DNA of 64,000 nt from NCBI RefSeq assembly GCF_963921235.1, contig NC_086104.1:88102001-88166000 (forward strand), read 5' to 3'. Shown piece after piece: positions 1 to 12,111 of this stretch (its first letter is position 1; each line of letters begins with the position of its first letter). The notes beneath the pieces are model-generated. The model saw only the letters and a list, made by a program, of their open reading frames with translations. It made no database searches and was not told the DNA's origin. The position numbers were made by a program, and so were the translations under genes. The stretch comes from Mobula hypostoma (Eukaryota).

Positions 1-292
1 TAGTTTATATATGATTGTGAAACACTATATAAGATTAGATTATACTGTATGCATACAACATTGGAACTTTCAAAGAAACTTGTGAAAGAGATTCCAAAAG
101 TATACAGAGACACATGGAAGGCCAACCTAAGGTCACAAATTACTTATCTGCATTCACCAGAGATTTTCCGTTAGTGTGACTGTCCACAGAATTGTCAAGA
201 TAGCTGTTGAAGTAAGAATGTTTCAAACTGCTGATAACACAAAACAACTTTTATGTCACACATACAGACTTACTTGGATATGTACCGTAGTT

Positions 293-3200
293 CCTGCTTT
301 ATATAAAAGGCGTGCTGAAATTAAAACTAAATGTGATCTTCTTTTAACTTATCTAATTGAAACTCAATAGACAATAGACAATAGGTGCAGGAGTAGGCCA
401 TTCAGCCCTTCGAGCCAGCACTGCCATTCACTGTGATCATGGCTGATCATCCACAATCAGTATCCAGTTCCTGCTTTCTCCCCATATCCCTTGACTCCAC
501 TCAACTCTTAAAAGATAAAAGTTCATTTTATATTCATGGAGATAAAACAGGTAAATTGTTGGCTAATCAATTAAAAACCTTTATAGGTAAACGGCAAATT
601 AAAGAAATTTGCAAAGCTAATGGTGATAGGACAACTGACCATTTAGAAATTAATGATACCTTCAGAGAATTTTATTCTAAACGTTATAGTTCTGACCCTC
701 ATAAAGATATTACTGCAATGAATAATTTTTTAGACCAATTAAACATTCCTACACTTTCTGTTGATAACCGAAAACAGTTGGATCAACCTATTTTTTATGA
801 GGAAATTGCCGAGGCTGTACCTTCATTACACTCGGGGAAGGCTCCGGGTCCTGATGGATTTTCTGGAGAATTCTATAAGGCTTTTTCCTCACTGTTTATA
901 CCTCATTTACGTTCAGTCTTTTCAGATTCCTTTAAGTTGGGTAGGTTGCCACAATCTTTTTATGAAGCTTCTATTTCACTTATTCTTAAAAAGAATAAAA
1001 ACCCAATTGAATATTCTTCATATAGACCAATCTCCTTACTTAATGTTGATACTAAAATTCTATCCAAAGTTCTGGCTCATAGGATAGAAAATATTTTACC
1101 ATTTCTGATGATCAAACTGGATTTATCAAAAATCAATATTCCCACTTTAATATTTGTCATTTATTAAATGTTATTTATTCTCCTTCTAAGGAGATATCGG
1201 AATGCATGATATTCTTAGACGCTGAGAAGGCTTTTGATCGGGTTGAATGGAATTATTTATTTAGAACCTTAGAAAAATTCAATTTTGGGCCTGATTTCAT
1301 TCAATGGATTAAATTACTTTATCTATCTCCCTCTGCTTGGGTTCTTACTAATTTTCAGAACTCCAAACCATTTAAACTTCAATGTGGAACTAGACAAGGT
1401 TGTCCCCTGAGCCTTTTGCTCTTTGATCTGGCTTTAGAACCCTTAGCCATTGCTTTTCGAGAATCTAATGACATTACTGGTATTTTAAGAAGAGGTACTA
1501 CCCACAAAGTTTCGCTCTGTGCTGATGACCTATTGCTTTTTATTTCTAATGTTGAGACTTCGTTACTTCCTGTGCTTTCTTTGCTCTACTGTTTTAGTCA
1601 ATTTTCAGGATATAAACTGTATTTACATAAGAGTGAACTTTTTCCTTTGAATAATTTGGTATCAATTAATACTAACCTTCCTTTTAAAATTGTAAGAAAT
1701 CAATTTACCTATTTGAGTGTAACAATTACTAAGAATTATAAACACCTACTTAAAGAAAATTTTCTTGCCCTACTGAATTATGTTAAAAGGGCACTATCAA
1801 ACTGGTCGCCCCTTTTGTTATCGTTGGTTGGTGAATTAATTCTACTAAAATGAATATCTTACCTAAATTTATATACCTTTTCCAGGCCTTACCCGTTTTC
1901 ATTCATAAATCTTTTTCTGATTCTCTTGATTCTATTCTATCTTCTTATATATGGAAAAATGAACATTCTCGATTAAATAAAGTTCATTTTCAAAAAGCTA
2001 AAAAGAATGGAGGTTTAGCTTTACCCAATTTTAGGTTTTATTACTGGGCAGTCAATATACGAAATCTCATGTTTTGGTCATATTAACCGTGAGGACTGTC
2101 TGGTGTGGGTCTCTTTAGAAGCCTACTCTGTTAATAAATTTTCTATCATTTCTCTTCTTGGCTCCTAACTTCCTTTATCTTTAAATAAACTAACTGACAA
2201 TTTGATAGTTAAATATACTTTGAGGATCTGGGTACAATTTGGAAAATATTTTGGTTCATTGAGATTTTCTCTTTCTAGTCCCATTTTTTCTAATTTTTTT
2301 TTTAAACCTTCTATGACCGATCTAGTTTTTAAAGAATGGGATAGATTGGGTATTAAGTGCTTCCAGGATTTGTTTGTTGGAGGAAGTCTCTTTTCATTTG
2401 AGCAATTGTCAGCTAAGTATAGCTTACCAAAAACCCACTTTTTTCGATATCTAGAAATTAGAGACTTTCTGCAATCTCAATTATATATACATTTCCTAAA
2501 AATCCTGATAAGAACTTATTAGATGTAATTTTTAATTTGAAACCATTTCATAATGGTTCAATATCTGATATTTATGGTATGTTGCTGGGAATGAGAAATG
2601 CTCCTTTAGACAAAACTAAAAATCTTTGAGTACAAGATTTACAGACTTCAATTTCTGAGGAAGCTTGGAATGAAATTTTTTAATTGGTTAACGCTTCATC
2701 GTCATGTGCCCGCCACTCCCTCTTACAATTTAAAGTGGTCCATAGAGCCCACATGACCAAGGATAAGCTATCTTGTTTTTATTTGGATATATCTCCCTTT
2801 TGTGATAGAAGTAATACTGGAAGGAAGTATTACAAACTTTCTCTGTACTTTTCAAAGTAAATTTTAAGCCTAACCCTTTGACTGCTTTATTCGGTATTGT
2901 TGGAGAAAAAGATATTATTCTGGAGGCATCTGATTTGCACATTTTGGCTTTTATTTCTCTTATAGCTAGGAGGATGCTCTTGCTTAAATGGAAGGATGTC
3001 GTTCCACCTACTCACGCTCAATGGTTACGTGAAGTTATGTCATGTTTAAATTTAGAAAAGATCCGTTGTTCAATTTCTGAATCTAACCAAAACTTTCACA
3101 CATTGTGGGGACCATTTTTGACCTATTTTCAAAATCCTTGATTTGTTGTTAAAGTACAGATGTTGGCTAATAACATATTTCACTATATGATAAGGATTTC

Positions 3201-3454
3201 TTTCCTTCTTTCTTTCTTTCTTTACCAAGCAGCTTCGATCTTGGTAGTGGGTTTAGATTTTTTTCTGTATAATAATAAAATTATCATATTTCAATATTAT
3301 GATTTAATTTAATTTACATGAATATAGAGTAATGAGGTTGCAAGTGTGATTGAAATATGTATTGGTATTATTTTATCTTTTTTTTACTTATAATATATAC
3401 TTCTTGTACTCTGTATTCTTTATGTAGAAATTAATAATAAAAAATATTGAAAAA
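293..3454 (+). mobile_element. 5'-truncated, decayed L1-clade LINE (ORF2 reverse transcriptase region plus 3' UTR)
   Basis: ORF fragments 433..3141 carry PGPDGF, YRPISLLN, DAEKAFD, GTRQGCPLS and (Y>C)ADD motifs. A-rich 3' end near 3430-3454. 16-bp TSD gatatgtac(c/t)gtagtt at 277-292 and 3455-3470. Confidence 0.9.
368..498 (-). mobile_element. CR1/HER1-like LINE 3' tail inserted into the L1 ORF2
   Basis: (caataga)n microsatellite end followed by gcaggagtaggccatt, the reverse complement of the CR1 tail seen at 25260-25316 and 34020-34070. Flanked by actcaa at 362-367 and 499-504. Removing it restores the L1 frame ...LIETQ|LLKDK... Confidence 0.8.
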
Positions 3455-4483
3455 GATATGTACTGTAGTTGCAAATGGGAGGGTCTATTGTGGGTGTGAT
3501 TTCTGAATTTATTATAGGGAATATATGGGAGGTTTAGAGCAACATAACAGCACTGATCACCCATACAGAAAGGAACAAGCTCCTTCAAGTGATCACCAGA
3601 GTGAGTTGGCTTCAGAGGCAGAATTAGTTAGATATACACCTGAGCTGAAGGTCAGTTACAATTGAGAATTAAACTTCTTTAGGATCATTAAGAGCACAGA
3701 GCTAATATCCTTGCTCAGTATTTGGCATTGTATTATACTGCATAACGTCTTTGTAATTTTTTTGTGGTATTTGATGTTAAATTATATATAGGGCTTATGC
3801 AAAGGTTACAACCAAGATAATGTTTCAATAAAGTTTTTTTTAAATTCTGGGTTATGCCGCTCTGTGACTTTTAACTAGTTTTACCCCACGTAGACTGGTT
3901 TGTGCCAAATTCAGACACCAGATATAAGAGACCACTACAGTTAGAGCTACACCTCTCCAAGCAAGTGTGGAGTATTTGATCATATTCCTAACTTACACCT
4001 TGTGATGGTGGAAAGGCTGTGTACCATCATTTGTCACAGGATACTCATCCCATAGCTTGTTCTTATGGTCAATACTATTTGTACAGTTAGTTCTGTTGAG
4101 TTTCTTGTCAATTATTATCCCTAATGGCAGTGCTATTGAATATAAAGAGTAGGGGGTTAGGCTCCCTCTGGTTGAAATGGTTATTCTTTAGCTTGTTAGT
4201 CATATAAACGTTACTTGTCACATCTAAATGTTGTCTGATGCAAGCAAGAGTGGTCTACATGCTGTTCTGAGAAGGTGCAGCTTGAACTAAACCTTGTGCA
4301 ATTTTCAGCAAACGCTCCTCACTTCTGACCTTATAATGGAAGCAAGGCCATTGATGAAGCAGTTGCAGACATCTCAACTACAAACACTCTCCTAAGGAAC
4401 TCCTGCTGCGGTGTCCACGACCATCTTCTTTGTGCAGTGTGACTTCAACAGCTGTGGTGGTTTTTCCCTGATTATTAATGATT

Positions 4484-4764
4484 TCAGGGCGGTGGGCTGG
4501 AGATGTGTTCGACCAAAGGAGGTGTAAGGTGCTCCTTCCCTCTGCTAGCCTCAGGTCACCCTTGGGCAAGGTGCAGCACTTGTTTAGCCCCCTGATCAGG
4601 GTCACAAGAAGCCATGAGAGCAGGTGGTGGAGGATTGTATGAGCAACTGGTGCATCTCACAAGTCCTGGTTATGGGACCATTGACGCCAGGCAGTCTCTG
4701 AAGAATATTAATAATGGCTGGGGTCACCCACATTATAAAGACACTGCAATGGCAATGGCAAACC
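4484..4764 (+). mobile_element. Short non-autonomous RTE-related element (5'UTR-like sequence)
   Basis: Resembles RTE 5'UTR-derived short repeats, ending in gcaatggcaaacc. No TSD identified. Confidence 0.4.
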
Positions 4765-4893
4765 TATAGTTGCCCATCTTTTGCTTACATCCTTTTTTTA
4801 AAAAGTGGCGTGACATTTGCTGTCTTCCAATCTGCGGGGATCTGCCCAGAGTCTAGAGAGATTTGGTAAATGATTACCAATGCGCCTACTATA

Positions 4894-5106
4894 GAAGAAG
4901 AAAGCCCTTAACTCCGAGTGGAGTCATTGGGACGCCATCATGACGGTGTTTTTTTTAGCAGGCTTCCTTATTTTTACAAGGCCAAGTTGCTATCTTGACG
5001 TTCAACCCAGCACAGATGGAAAGCGTGCGAGGGAGCCGGCTGGATTCAAACTCGGGAGCCTTCGCTCTGAAGTCCAGCGCTGATGCCACTACGCCACCAG
5101 CCGGCT
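4894..5106 (-). mobile_element. tRNA-derived SINE with RTE-derived 3' tail
   Basis: Minus strand shows an A box (TGGCGTAGTGG), a B box (GAGTTTGAATCC) and a (TTC)n end. Degenerate 16-bp TSD caatgcgcctactata (4878-4893) / caacgcatctactata (5107-5122). Confidence 0.8.
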
Positions 5107-5904
5107 CAACGCATCTACTATAACCTCCGCCAATTGCCTCAGCACCCTGGGATGCATCCCATCAGGACCAGGGGACTTATCTACCTTCAGGCGCTCTAGT
5201 TTGCTCATCACTATCTCTTTAGTGACAGTGATTTTATCGAGGTCCTCACCTCCCATTTCGACCATAACATCATTCTTTGGCATATTAAACTTGTCCTCCA
5301 CCGTGAAGACCGACACAAAATAGTCGTTCAATGCCTCCACCATTTTCTTATCACCCAGTATCAATTTCCCTTTCTTGTCTTCCAAGAGATCTACGTTGAC
5401 TTTAGCCACCCTCTTCCACTTCATATATTTATAAAAACTTCTGCTATCTGTTTTTATATTTTGTGCTAATTTACTTTCATACTCTATCTTCCCTTTTCTT
5501 ATTTCTTGTTTAGTTTTTCTTTGTTGCTTTTTAAAGTTTTCCCAATCCTCCAGCTCCCACTACTCTTTGCGACTTTGTACACATGAGCTTTTAATTTGAT
5601 ACTATCTTTTATTTCCTTAGTTATCCAAGGCTAGCTCTCCCCACACTTACTGTCCTTACATTTGACTGGAATATACTTTTGCTGAGCACTGTGAAAAATC
5701 TCTTTGAAAGTATTCCACTGTTCCTCAACCGTCCTACCAAATAGCCTGTGCTCCCAATCCACAATAGCCAACTCCTTTCTCATCCTGTTGTAGTCTCCCT
5801 TGTTCTAGCACAATATACTAGTTTTAGATCTAACTATTTCATGCTCCAACTGTATGCAAAATTCAATCATACTATGATCACTCTTTCCAAGAGGATCCCT
5901 GACT

Positions 5905-7502
5905 TGCCTTTGCTTTGCCTTGCCTTGCGCCCTTAACTCCTGGTGGAGCCGTCGGGGTGCCGTCATGACAAGCTTTGCACCAGTCTGTACCATGTGTCGC
6001 AGTTGTGTGCCAGAGCCTGGGTCACCACAGATGTTTTCCCTGTCCATTCTTTAATGTTGTCCGTCCAACTTTTCCTCTGTCTACCTCTCCTTCCTTTCCC
6101 CTCCACAGTTCCTTGTAGAATGGTCTTTGCAAGGCCACTGGATCTTGTTACGTGGCCGTGCCATTTCAGCTTTCTTTCCTTCAGCGTTGTGAGAAGGTCT
6201 TCACGGGGGCCAATGTGGTGCTGGATGGTCTTGTGGACCTGCTCGTTTGTAATGTGGTCCAAGTATGAGATGCCCAAACTGTTGCGATAGCATCTCATTT
6301 CCAATGCCTGTATCTTCCTCTGTAGCTCTGCTGTGGGGGTCCATGTCTCGCACGCGTACAGGAAGATGGAGAATACAAATGCACGCAGGAGTCTGTTCTT
6401 GTACTTCATGGTGATGTTGCTGTCCCTCCATATTGTCTTGAGTTTGGATAGTGCAGTCATTGCCTGTGCGGTTCTTGCCAGGACTTCTGGTCTTGATCCT
6501 TCATCATTGATGATTGCCCCCAGGTATTTGAACTGCTGCACCGTCTCAAGTTTCTGACCATGGACTGAGATGTCTGTTGTGATGGCACCATTGGCATTTG
6601 CCATGAGCTTGGTTTTCTCAGCATTTATTTCCATTCCAAATTTTGTGGAGGCTCTGTCAGGATGGCTGACCAGGTTGGCCAGTTCGTCCTCTTTTCCTGC
6701 AAGTCCATCAATGTCGTCAGCAAATCTTAGGTTTTTGATGTTCCTCCCTCCGATGCTGACCGTGCCCACATGATCTCCAAGGGCAACACTCATGATTCGT
6801 TCCAGGAAGACGTTGAAGAGAGTGGGGGAGAGGAGGCAGTCCTGACGGACTCCTACAGAGGTATGGAACCACTCCCTGATGGTGTCCTGAGCGAGCACTG
6901 CACTGGTTGCCTTGGTGTAAAGCTGATGAATTGTATGAATCAGCTTCTGCCCCATGTTGAATTTCTTCATGGTGGCCCATAAGGCATCATGCCAGACTCT
7001 GTCAAATGCCTTCTTGAAGTCTATGAAGACATGGTAGAACTCTCTCTGGTGCTGAAGGTGTTTCTCACAGAGGGTGCGGAGGTTGAAAATCTGCTCAGTG
7101 GTGCTTCTGCCCTTACGGAAGCCTGCTTGTTCCTCGGCAATGATGTCTTCTGCCTGAGATCTCAGTCTGTTCAAGATGATTCTGAGCATTACCTTGCTTA
7201 CGTTGCTGATCAAACTGATGGTACAGTAATTCTGGCAAAGTTGGAGATTGCCTTTCTTGGGAAGCACAACGATCAGTGACTGAGTCTAAGGTGTCAGCCA
7301 TTCACCTGTCTGCCAGATCTTATTGCAGATGGCGGTAAGCTTGTCTATTGTGGCCTCTCCTCCATGCTTCAGCAGTTCAGCAGGAATGTTGTCAACTCCT
7401 GCTGACTTCCCACACTTCAGTGATCGTATTGCAGCTTCAACTTCTTCACGCATGATTGGATAGTCTTCCTCATTGGAAGATTCCTGTACATTCAGCACGC
7501 TT
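5905..7502 (-). mobile_element. Young 5'-truncated RTE-clade LINE with a near-intact reverse transcriptase
   Basis: ORF 5963..7267 (434 aa) contains QAGFRKGRST, DFKKAFD, GVRQ.CLLSP.LF, FADD and FKYLG. The upstream piece 7286..7498 (KSAGVDNIPAE) is separated by a single TAG. (GCAAG)n tail. TSD ggatcc(c)tgact at 5893-5904 and 7503-7513. Confidence 0.92.
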
Positions 7503-7739
7503 GGATCCTGACTACAAGATTGTTAATCTTACCTGTCTCACCTGAATCTTGCATCTTAATTGGTCAGATTACATTGCCCTGTTGCTGTTTGTGATTAAAA
7601 CATAATTGGGTAATATTTCATGTTGCCCCTGTTGTGATGGTGTTGGAACCACTGGGTAGAGGAAGGGCTGCTTCTGGAGCACAGTCCTTCGACACTATCG
7701 TTCAGTGCCAGCATGTCTCTGTAAGGGTAAGAATCAAAG

Positions 7740-8715
7740 ATGGACCTTAGGATATTGAAAGTTTAACCAGGGAGAAGAAAAAAATTGGTAAAAAAAAAAA
7801 CAAGTCCCCTGAGGTTTTATAGGGAATATATGAGAACCCCTTAATGAAAAAAATTAAGAGGACAAAAGGAGGCCAAGAAATGACCTCGGTAAGTAAGATT
7901 AAGGAGAATCCTAATGCTTTTCATTAGCATATTAGTACATTCCATCAGTGACCAAAGGGCTAGTAAGTGTGTGGAGCCAAGGGAAATGAGAAATATCCAA
8001 AATGAAAACTTCTCATCAGTATTCACCAGGAAGAAGGATATAAAGGCTCGACAATTAAGGGAAGGGCACATTGATATTCTGGAGAATTTCTGTATCAGGA
8101 AGGAGGAAGTGTTAGACATATTGGCACATTTCAGGGTGGACAAATCCCCAGGGCCTGACAGGAAGAGAAGCATGAGAGGACACTGCTGGGACCCTGTCAG
8201 AGATTTTTACATTTTCATTTGGCACAGGTAAGACACCAGAAGACTGAAGGATAGACAATGTTGTCTTCATATTCTGAAAAGGCAGTAGGTACCATCCTGG
8301 AAACCACAGACAAGTGAGCCTTACATCAGTGGTATGGTAGGGAAGTTGTTGGAGAATGTTCTAAGGGACAGAATTTATGTTTACTTGGAAAGGCAGGGAC
8401 TGATTAGGAGTCATACATAGATTTACTGAAACGTTTGACGAGCAATGGCTGATGGAATTTGACAAGTGTGAGGTTATGTATTTTGGGAAGTCAAGTTCTA
8501 GTAGGACATATAGAGTAAATGGCAGGGACCTTGAAAACATTGACGTACAGAGGGACATGAGGTTGCAAGTCTGTAGCTTTCTGGCAGTGGTGAATAAGGT
8601 AGTGAAGAAAGCATTAGGTATGTTTGCCTGAGGCATTGTAAGAGTGGGATGTCATGCCGACAAAACTGAGACTGCACTTGGAGTACCGTGTATCATTCTA
8701 TTTCACCACTTTTAG
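7740..8715 (+). mobile_element. Degraded CR1-like LINE ORF2 fragments
   Basis: NENFSSVFT and DKSPGPD in ORF 7914..8231, and RLHLEY at about 8670. Heavily deleted. Confidence 0.75.
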
Positions 8716-9357
8716 GGAACTAAGTACTTGTATGCTTAGCTCTTTCTGCTCAAAAACACACCATCCCCTACCACAAAGCATGGTGGTAGCTGATCATCAT
8801 ATTGTGGGGATGCTTCACTGCAGTAGGCCCTGGAAGGCTTGTGAAGATAAAGGTAAAATGAATACAGCAAAATACAGGGAATTCCTGGAGGAAAACATAA
8901 CGCAGTCTGCAAGAGCGTTGTGACTTGGGAGAAGAATTGTTTTACAGCAAGACAATGACCCCAAGCATAAAGCCAAAGCTACATAGGAATGGCTTTAAAA
9001 AAAAACAAAGTTAATGTCCTGGACTGGCCAAGTCAGAGTCCAGACCTCAATCCAATTGAGAATTTCTGGCTGGACTTAAAAAAGGGCTGTTCACTCACGA
9101 TCCCCGTGCAATCTGACAGAGCTTGAACAGTTTTATAAAGAAGAATGGGGAATTTTGCATTGTCCAGATGTACAAAGCTGATAGAGACCTATCCACACAG
9201 ACTCAAGGCTGTAATTGCTGCCAAAGGTGCAAAGGTGCAATCAATTATTTTGTGTTTTATATTTGTAATTAATTTAGATCACTTTGTAGAGATATGTTTT
9301 CACTTTGACAAGGAAGTCTTTTTCTGTTGATCATTGTCAAAAAAAAAACAAGTTAAA

Positions 9358-12024
9358 CCCCCAGCCTCCCCCCTCCCCCCTCCCCCCTCTGATCCCAGCT
9401 CTCATCCGTGCCGGGTCTTTACCATCCCCTCCGACCTTCAACTGTCGGAGGCAGAGCGCTCTGTCCTCAGTAAGGGCCTCACCTTTGTCCCCCTTCGCCC
9501 ACACCTCAGCAAGTTCCGTGTTCGCCATGATGCGGAACTTTTCTTCCCCATCTCCGTCTCTGAGCCTACTTCTTCGGCAAGTACTCTTCCACCCCCACCG
9601 ATGACCCCTTCTCCCATCTTCAACCCTCCTCTTCTTCATGGACACCCCGCTCTGGTCTTCTGCCTGCTCTGTATCTCTTTATCGCTAACTGCCGACGGGA
9701 CATCAACCGTCTCGACTTCACCGCACCTTGTCCCCATTCCAACCTCACTCCTTCGGAACGCTCTGCTCTCCACTCCCTCCGCACTAATCCTAACATTATT
9801 ATTAAACCCGCTGATAAGGGGGGTGCTGTTGTAGTCTGGCGTACTGACCTCTACCTTGCCGAGGCACAGCGACAACTCGCGGATACCTCCTCTTATTTAC
9901 CCCTCGATCGTGACCCCACCAAGGAGCACCAGGCCATTGTCTCCCACACTATCAACGACTTTATCCGCTCAGAGGATCTCCCATCCACTGCTACCAACCT
10001 TATAGTTCCCACACCCCGCACTTCCCGTTTCTACCTCCTACCCAAGATCCACAAACCTGCCTGTCCTGGCCGACCTATTGTCTCAGCTTGCTCCTGCCCC
10101 ACCGAACTCATTTCTGCATACCTCAACATGGTTTTATCCCCCCTTGTTCAATCCCTTCCGACCTATGTTCGTGACACTTCTCACGCTCTTAAACTTTTCG
10201 ATGATTTTAAGTTCCCTGGCCCCCACCGCTTTATTTTCACCTTGGATGTCCAGTCCCTATATACTTCCATCCCCCATCAGGAAGGTCTCAAAGCTCTACG
10301 CTTCTTTTTGGATTCCAGACCTAATCAGTTCCCCTCTACCACCACTCTGCTCCGTCTAGCAGAATTAGTCCTTACTCTTAATAATTTCTCCTTTTGCTCC
10401 TCCCATTTCCTCCAAACTAAAGGTGTAGCTATGGGCACCCGTATGGGTCCTAGCTATGCCTGCCTTTTTGTTGGGTTTGTGGAACAATCTATGTTCCGTG
10501 CCTATTCTGGTATCTGTCCCCCACTTTTCCTTCGCTACATCGACGACTGCATTGGCGCTGCTTCCTGCACGCATGCAGAACTCGTTGACTTTATTAACTT
10601 TGCCTCCAACTTTCACCCTGCCCTCAAGTTTACCTGGTCCATTTCCGACACCTCCCTCCCCTTTCTAGATCTTTCTGTCTCTGTCTCTGGAGACAGCTTA
10701 TCCACTGATGTCTACTATAAGCCTACTGACTCTCACAACTATCTGGACTATTCCTCTTCTCACCCTGTCTCTTGCAAAAACGCAATTCTCGCAATTCCTC
10801 CGTCTCCGCCGCATCTGCTCTCAGGATGAGGCTTTTCATTCTAGGACGAGGGAGATGTCTTCATTTTTTAAAGAAAGGGGCTTCCCTTCCTCCACTATCA
10901 ACTCTGCTCTTAAACGCATCTCCCCCATTTCACGTACATCTGCTCTCACTCCATCCTTCCACCACCCCACTAGGAATAGGGTTCCCCTGGTCCTCACCTA
11001 CCACCCCACCAGCCTCCGGGTCCAACATATTATTCTCCGTAACTTCCGCCACCTCCAACGGGATCCCACCACTAAGCATATCTTTCCCTCCCCCCCTCTC
11101 TCTGCATTCCGCAGGGATCGCTCCCTACACAACTCCCTTGTCCATTCGTCCCCCCCATCCCTCCCCACTGATCTTCCTCCTGGCACTTATCCGTGTAAGC
11201 GGAACAAGTGCTACACATGCCCTTACACTTCCTCCCTTACCACCATTCAGGGCCCCAAACAGTCCTTCCAGGTGAGGCATCACTTCACCTGTGAGTCGAC
11301 TGGGGTGATATACTGCGTCCGGTGCTCCCGATGTGGCCTTTTATATAGTGGTGAGACCCGACGCAGACTGGGAGACCGCTTTGCCGAACATCTACGCTCT
11401 GTCCGCCAGAGAAAGCAGGATCTCCCAGTGGCCACACATTTTAATTCCACATCCCATTCCCATTCTGACATGTCTATCCACGGCCTCCTCTACTGTAAAG
11501 ATGAAGCCACACTCAGGTTGGAGGAACAACACCTTATATTCCGTATGGGTAGCCTCCAACCTGATGGCATGAACATTGACTTCTCTAACTTCCGCTAGGC
11601 CCCACCTCCCCCTCGTACCCCATCTGTTACTCTTTTTAATGCACACATTCTTTCTCTCACTCTCCTTTTTCTCCCTCTGTCCCTCTGAGTATACCTCTTG
11701 CCCATCCTCTGGGTCACCCCCCCCGTCTTTCTTCCCGGACCTCCTGTCCCATGATCCTCTCGTATCCCCTTCTGCCTATCACCTGTCCAGCTCTCGGCTC
11801 TATCCCTCCCCCTCCTGTCTTCTCCTATCATTTTGGATCTCCCCCTCCCCCTCCAGCTTTCAAATCCCTTACTCACTCTTCCTTCAGTTAGTCCTGACGA
11901 AGGGTCTCGGCCTGAAACGTCGACTGCGCTTCTTCCTATAGATGCTGCCTGGCCTGCTGCGTTCACCAGCAACTTTGATGTATGTTGCTTGAATTTCCAG
12001 CATCTGCAGAATTCCTGTTGTTTG
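9358..12024 (+). mobile_element. Penelope-like retroelement (RT plus GIY-YIG endonuclease), 5'-truncated and only lightly decayed
   Basis: Motifs KPADKG, LPKIHK, GRPIVS, DVQSLYTSIP, GVAMG and RYIDD (10128..10829). CKRNKCYTC and GVIYCVRCSRCGLLYSGET endonuclease (10708..11598). Pyrimidine-rich 3' repeat containing a hammerhead. TSD aagttaaa at 9350-9357 and 12025-12032. Lesions: frameshifts near 9550 and 10785, one TGA near 9561. Confidence 0.95.
11890..11925 (+). ncRNA. Minimal type I hammerhead ribozyme motif (intact core)
   Basis: AGTC-CTGACGA-AGGgtctcggCCT-GAAA-C-GTC-GACT: stem I agtc/gact, core CUGANGA and GAAA, stem II AGG/CCT, GUC triplet. Predicted cleavage after 11921. Confidence 0.8.
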
Positions 12025-12111
12025 AAGTTAAATCCATTGTGATTCAATGATGTAAAACAATAAAGCATGAAAACTCCCAAGGCGGGGTGAATACTTTTTA
12101 TAGGCACTGTA

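Larger units (their letters stand above)
4765..7540 (-). mobile_element. CR1-like LINE ORF2 fragment hosting a SINE and an RTE insertion
   Basis: ORF 5089..5424 has ALNDYFVSVFT and KSPGPDGMHPRVL. LGKSDHSMI (endonuclease end) lies near 5860-5895. The CR1 sequence resumes at 7514-7540 after the RTE. Confidence 0.85.
8745..12109 (+). mobile_element. Tc1/mariner DNA transposon 3' half (DD34E transposase remnant plus right TIR), split by a Penelope insertion
   Basis: 8770-9230 reads [29 protein letters not shown] and LKAVIAAKG across frameshifts. The element resumes at 12025 and ends ...taggcactg|TA (12105-12111). Confidence 0.88.

Noticed and set aside
433-500. Apparent N-terminus MIMADHPQSVSS.. 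of the 244-aa ORF
   Set aside because: It derives from the antisense CR1 tail inserted in L1, not from a real start.
5020-5106. tRNA-like sequence with A and B boxes
   Set aside because: It is the head of a TSD-flanked SINE and lacks a convincing cloverleaf, so it is not called a tRNA gene.
9358-11598. RT plus nuclease plus structured RNA as a retron, DGR or group II intron-like system
   Set aside because: The motifs (KPADKG, LPKIHK, YIDD, GIY-YIG with Cys motif) and the TSD identify a Penelope-like retrotransposon.
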